DNA from: Selaginella moellendorffii | Lineage: Eukaryota > Plantae > Lycopodiophyta | NCBI RefSeq assembly: GCF_000143415.4 | Contig: NW_003314288.1 | Span: 1,550,056 to 1,614,055, forward strand | Length of the DNA stretch: 64,000 nucleotides | Direction: 5' to 3' | Shown: positions 60,142 to 64,000 of the stretch, in pieces | Layout of the letters: every line of letters begins with the position of its first letter | How positions within the stretch are numbered: the first letter of the stretch is position 1 | Translations under genes and position numbers: made by a program | The notes under the pieces: model-generated | The model's input: only the letters and a program-made list of their open reading frames with translations | Told to the model about the DNA's origin: nothing | The model's database searches: none

Positions 60142-63100
60142 CTAGTTCATGAATCGTCGGCACCGTGACGAGCCGCACAGGCACAGGACCTTCTTGTCTT
60201 CCTTGTCGAATTGATAATCGTACCTACACAGGCCACACCAAAGAGAATCGATTAGAAAACCACGAGACGAGAAGAGAGATCTAGTTCTCTGTTGTTTTTG
60301 CCAACTGGATCTTCTCTCACTCACGTAAGTTCCTCGCCGACTGAGACGTCTTTACGTGCAATCAGCACAATGTGGCTCTCGCCTTCGCCTTCTACGCTCA
60401 CAATCCTCGCATAGCAGTTTGGTTCGCACTGTGGAAACAAAACAAAGATAAACATCGTGATGATCATTGGAAGAAAGAGTGACATACCGAGTGGTTGATC
60501 AGCCGTCCAATGTTGCCGTTCTCCGTTGCATCAATGACGACTTCTTCGCTTATCTTGAACAGCTGGTTTTATAAATCCAAGTCCATGCAAAGTTAGAGTG
60601 GGAGCAAAAGTCGAAGGCTGAGGTTGTACACTTACATAGCAGTGCTTGCCTTCCAAGCAATAACGCTTTTCCCGCAAGTCTGCCACGCTACGGCGAATCC
60701 TTTCCCCTCTGTATTCCACCACCTGGCATCCCGAACGACATTTAGCAATCAACTCGAAGTAATAGTACGCAGGGCGATGATTTACCATCTCTCCTTCTTT
60801 GATGTATCGCCTCGCAAAGAGTCCCCATCCATGGATGCCTGATTTACCAAAGCAAACTCTCGTTTTCTCAGTTTTCTGCACCAGGCACGGCCACATATAT
60901 ATCCTGGAAATTTAGACGTGTTCGAACCTGTAGAAACGACAGACGCTCCTTCATAGACATTACTTCGCCATGATCTGGTTCTAGGTAGTCCTGTGCATTG
61001 TACACCATCAGAATTTAGAGGACAGGTCTGAAAAATTCTCGAACCCTCAGTGAGCTGATCCAGTCTAGGGAGTTCTTGGTGTATCCCATCACCCTGTAAG
61101 CTATCCCAGCTCCAGTCGGTTTCTAGAATCCCACCACAAACACATATTAGAAACACACGACCAATGTCAATTCTGTCGTACCTTGTGAGATGTATCATCA
61201 GGGTTGTATGCTTGGCATCTGGCAGCAGGAAGCATCCTCCAGCGCTTGAATTTTTCAAACGAGATCTCAAGACTGCGAGACAGTTCGTTGGCAGCGAGAA
61301 GGCATCCTAGCCTTTCCGTCTCCACGCAGGGAACTTCTTCTGTGGGGACAGGGGCCAGTGGAAATTTGGTTGCTGGAGGCTTCTTTTGCGTAATATTGTA
61401 CTGGAGAAATGCATCAGGGCTTGGAGTTCTGCAAGAGTTAAATGTGCTTAGCGAAGTAAAATTGATTCGTAGGCAGCTTAACTTGTGTGCAGCGCAATAT
61501 GATAGCATCCTCGTAGACGGTACATTTTTCTTCTTGGATATTTGCAGCTGAAACAAGTCCCGTTAGTTATCGGGCATCTCTTGCTGAGCGCTTTTACCTC
61601 CATATGATATCCCGCCCTTGAGGCACACATAGGATGGTATGTGGTGCGACATTTTGTGCATTGTATGCAGGCTCCGTGCACTTGTTCACAAACTACACAT
61701 GCCTGTCACACACACAAGGTTTGGCATTGTTCTGGTTCAAACAGAACGAGAACACACCTGAGAAAAACGGGTGGTGTCCACCCCTTGCAGACCAACCGCC
61801 GGTTCCATCTTATTTATATCCTTGAACGCTACCTCTGGCGTGAACCAGGCGCAAGTAACGTGGACCCAAAATCCAGGAATATCAGAAGGTTTGAGCGCAC
61901 CACCTGTGGCAAAATCACGAACGTTTTATCGCGGTAGAGTCTAGGCATGACGAAGTACCTTTTACTGGACAAAGGCAGCATTCTCGTTCTATGTCAGGAG
62001 TTTGACAGACTCGGCACACCCAGGAACTACTTATTTCGGATGCTTTGACCCCATAACACTCCTCGTGCACAGCTAGTTGGCACCTGCTCGCGAGTTTAAG
62101 AATAGAACAGTGAGAAAATGTGTCATACCTGTTACAAATGATGATCTTGTTATATTCATAATCTTCAACCCAACGACACACGGCACATCTTTCTGACGTC
62201 CAGTTGACTATTACCGGTGTGTACGGCTCTAACAAAGGAAGAAAGAGTATGAAGACTGGAGTAAAATTGAAACGCAATATCTTACCTTGTAGGCAAGCGG
62301 TGAAATCCTTCACCGCAAGCTTCCGAACATTGTGCGAGTTGTAGCCGATGCCTGGTGCGCCACTCTCAATCATTCTTTGAAGCTGCAAGTGTACGCTCTT
62401 TCAGAATTAAATGTTTCCAAGCCCCTTACACTCACCCATAAGTAAAGAGACTGCTGTGTGGTTTTTATCTTAATAGTTGATTTCCACCGTCTGCTTTTAC
62501 AGCCTGCGTGCCGTTCCCACTCTGATGGGGGCATGAATTTACCATCTCCACATAGTTCACATTGACAAAAGACCCTGTTGGACATAAGAAAACTGAGAAA
62601 ATCAAGCACAATAAACAGAGTTATTCCAGCTTACTCGTGGCGTTTTGGTCGATACTCAGCTTCTTTTGTACCGCAGTAAACAATTAAACATTCAGGGATG
62701 AGATAAGTGCTCCACTCCGCCAGCATCCTAAACTCCGGTTAGCAATGCAATATGTGAAAGACGAGAAAAATCTGTTACCCTTGCCGTGTTTTACTTTTGC
62801 ATATGTTACAAGTGTAAGAAGAAGCAGTCTGCCGGATTGACAAGGTGAGATTGACAAAAATAAATATCACAAGATACCTTCGATAGCACCTTGCTAACTT
62901 TTACGCAGGCTGCATGCATCCAGACTTGACAAGCACCACAACGGACCTGAAAAAAAAAAAAGTTAATTAGAAAAGGAATCCAGGAAGACAGAAACTTCTT
63001 ACCCAAGAAACTTGTTCGAACAAGGATCGGGGTTCTGTACACACGCTGCAGTGCTGTTCAGGTACCCGTTCTTAGGCGCGAAAAAGTGAATATTCTAGAC

Positions 63101-64000
63101 GTACCTGATCTTCTTCTGCAAAATTATTAACGTCTTCAAGAAGAGGCTGATCGGTATCACTAGTTGATGTTTCGGGTTTAGCTTCACAGACAACCGGCTG
63201 CTTCTCAACTTCTTCTTGCTCAAAACCAGATTCCGCAAGTATAGCCTCCTCCATTGCAGAGCCGAAGGCTTTTTCTTCATCTTCTTGCAAAGTTTGATTT
63301 TGATACCTGGCACATGATCAATTGAATTGAGAAGTCTTGCAAAGGATAGGACACACCTTTCGAGCTCATCCATGAATGGAAATATCATGCTCCCTTGAAC
63401 CCACGAAAACTCCTTTTAGAAAATAAAACACGTCAGAATCTGGACTGGAGACTGGAAAAAGTAAATGCTTACCCGCTGCTTTCCAGTCCCGAAGAACATC
63501 ACGCAGACGGAGCTTGGGACACGAGAACTTTGAACTGCCGCTGGTGGATACTTCACAACCTTTGCCGGCCAAAAGAGATCGGCTCTTTTTCCAGACTTTG
63601 CCCACACAATGACACCCTCCTCAAATTTCTCTGCTAGATGCTGAGCCATGATTGTTGCCACAGACATGTCGCTTGCATCACTGTCATAATCTTGGGCCTC
63701 CGGCTCGTCAAATTCTTGGTTTGTCGATAACAAGCAGTTCATCTTCTGCGTCTTACGAGCTGATATCTCATCGTCTTCTGAGTCACTCTCCACGTCCTTT
63801 GCTCGCTTCACAGGCTGAGTAGATTTTGCATCCGCGCGTGCCTTCGTTGGTTTCTTACACTTCGGGGTCATTTCCCGCTTGGCCGTCTTAGCTTCGTCTT
63901 TTGGCTTCTTCAAAGGCTCCACTACCGAATCTCGAAGCCACACTGGACGGGTTTGAGTCCTGCCTCTCTTCGTTTGAATAAGGGGACCTTCCGGTTCTTT
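60142..64000 (-). CDS. Trithorax-like histone H3K4 methyltransferase (ATX3/4/5 clade), 5' end outside the window
   Basis: PWWP ([12 protein letters not shown]), PHD fingers ([31 protein letters not shown]), ePHD, SET ([38 protein letters not shown]), post-[15 protein letters not shown]. Confidence 0.93.

Overview
Gene-dense eukaryotic (land plant) genomic DNA with very short GT-AG introns (mostly 50-110 bp) and very short intergenic spacers. The organism is most consistent with the lycophyte Selaginella; this is inferred from intron size, cyanovirin-N homologues, an H-type CLE gene and a miR536-like target site. About 24 protein-coding loci can be supported: ARPC3, an LRR-RLK, an F-box gene, two CVNH lectin copies (one a pseudogene), RD29/LTI65-like, C1D, MON1, a TDIF-like CLE precursor, ATL RING-H2, a half-length HAS1/DDX18-like gene, alpha-tubulin, cN-II 5'-nucleotidase, COBRA-like, RIN4/NOI, VQ, golgin-84, a PLAT-domain gene, VIN3-like, glyoxalase/VOC, GH17-X8 glucanase, ICMT-like, DUF2062, nsLTP and a partial ATX3/4/5-like gene. 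The window also holds one tRNA-Ala(TGC) and a decayed full-length Ty3/gypsy element with a nested solo LTR. Highlights that the ORF track does not show: spliced CVNH, CLE and RIN4 genes; a miR536-like site inside the F-box CDS; three apparent pseudo-enzymes with intact reading frames (helicase half, GH17 E->Q, degenerate RLK kinase); and a gypsy element whose PBS matches the tRNA-Ala in this window and which has a G_GGA_AAC -1 frameshift signal. All family assignments come from motif recognition by eye; no database search was run.
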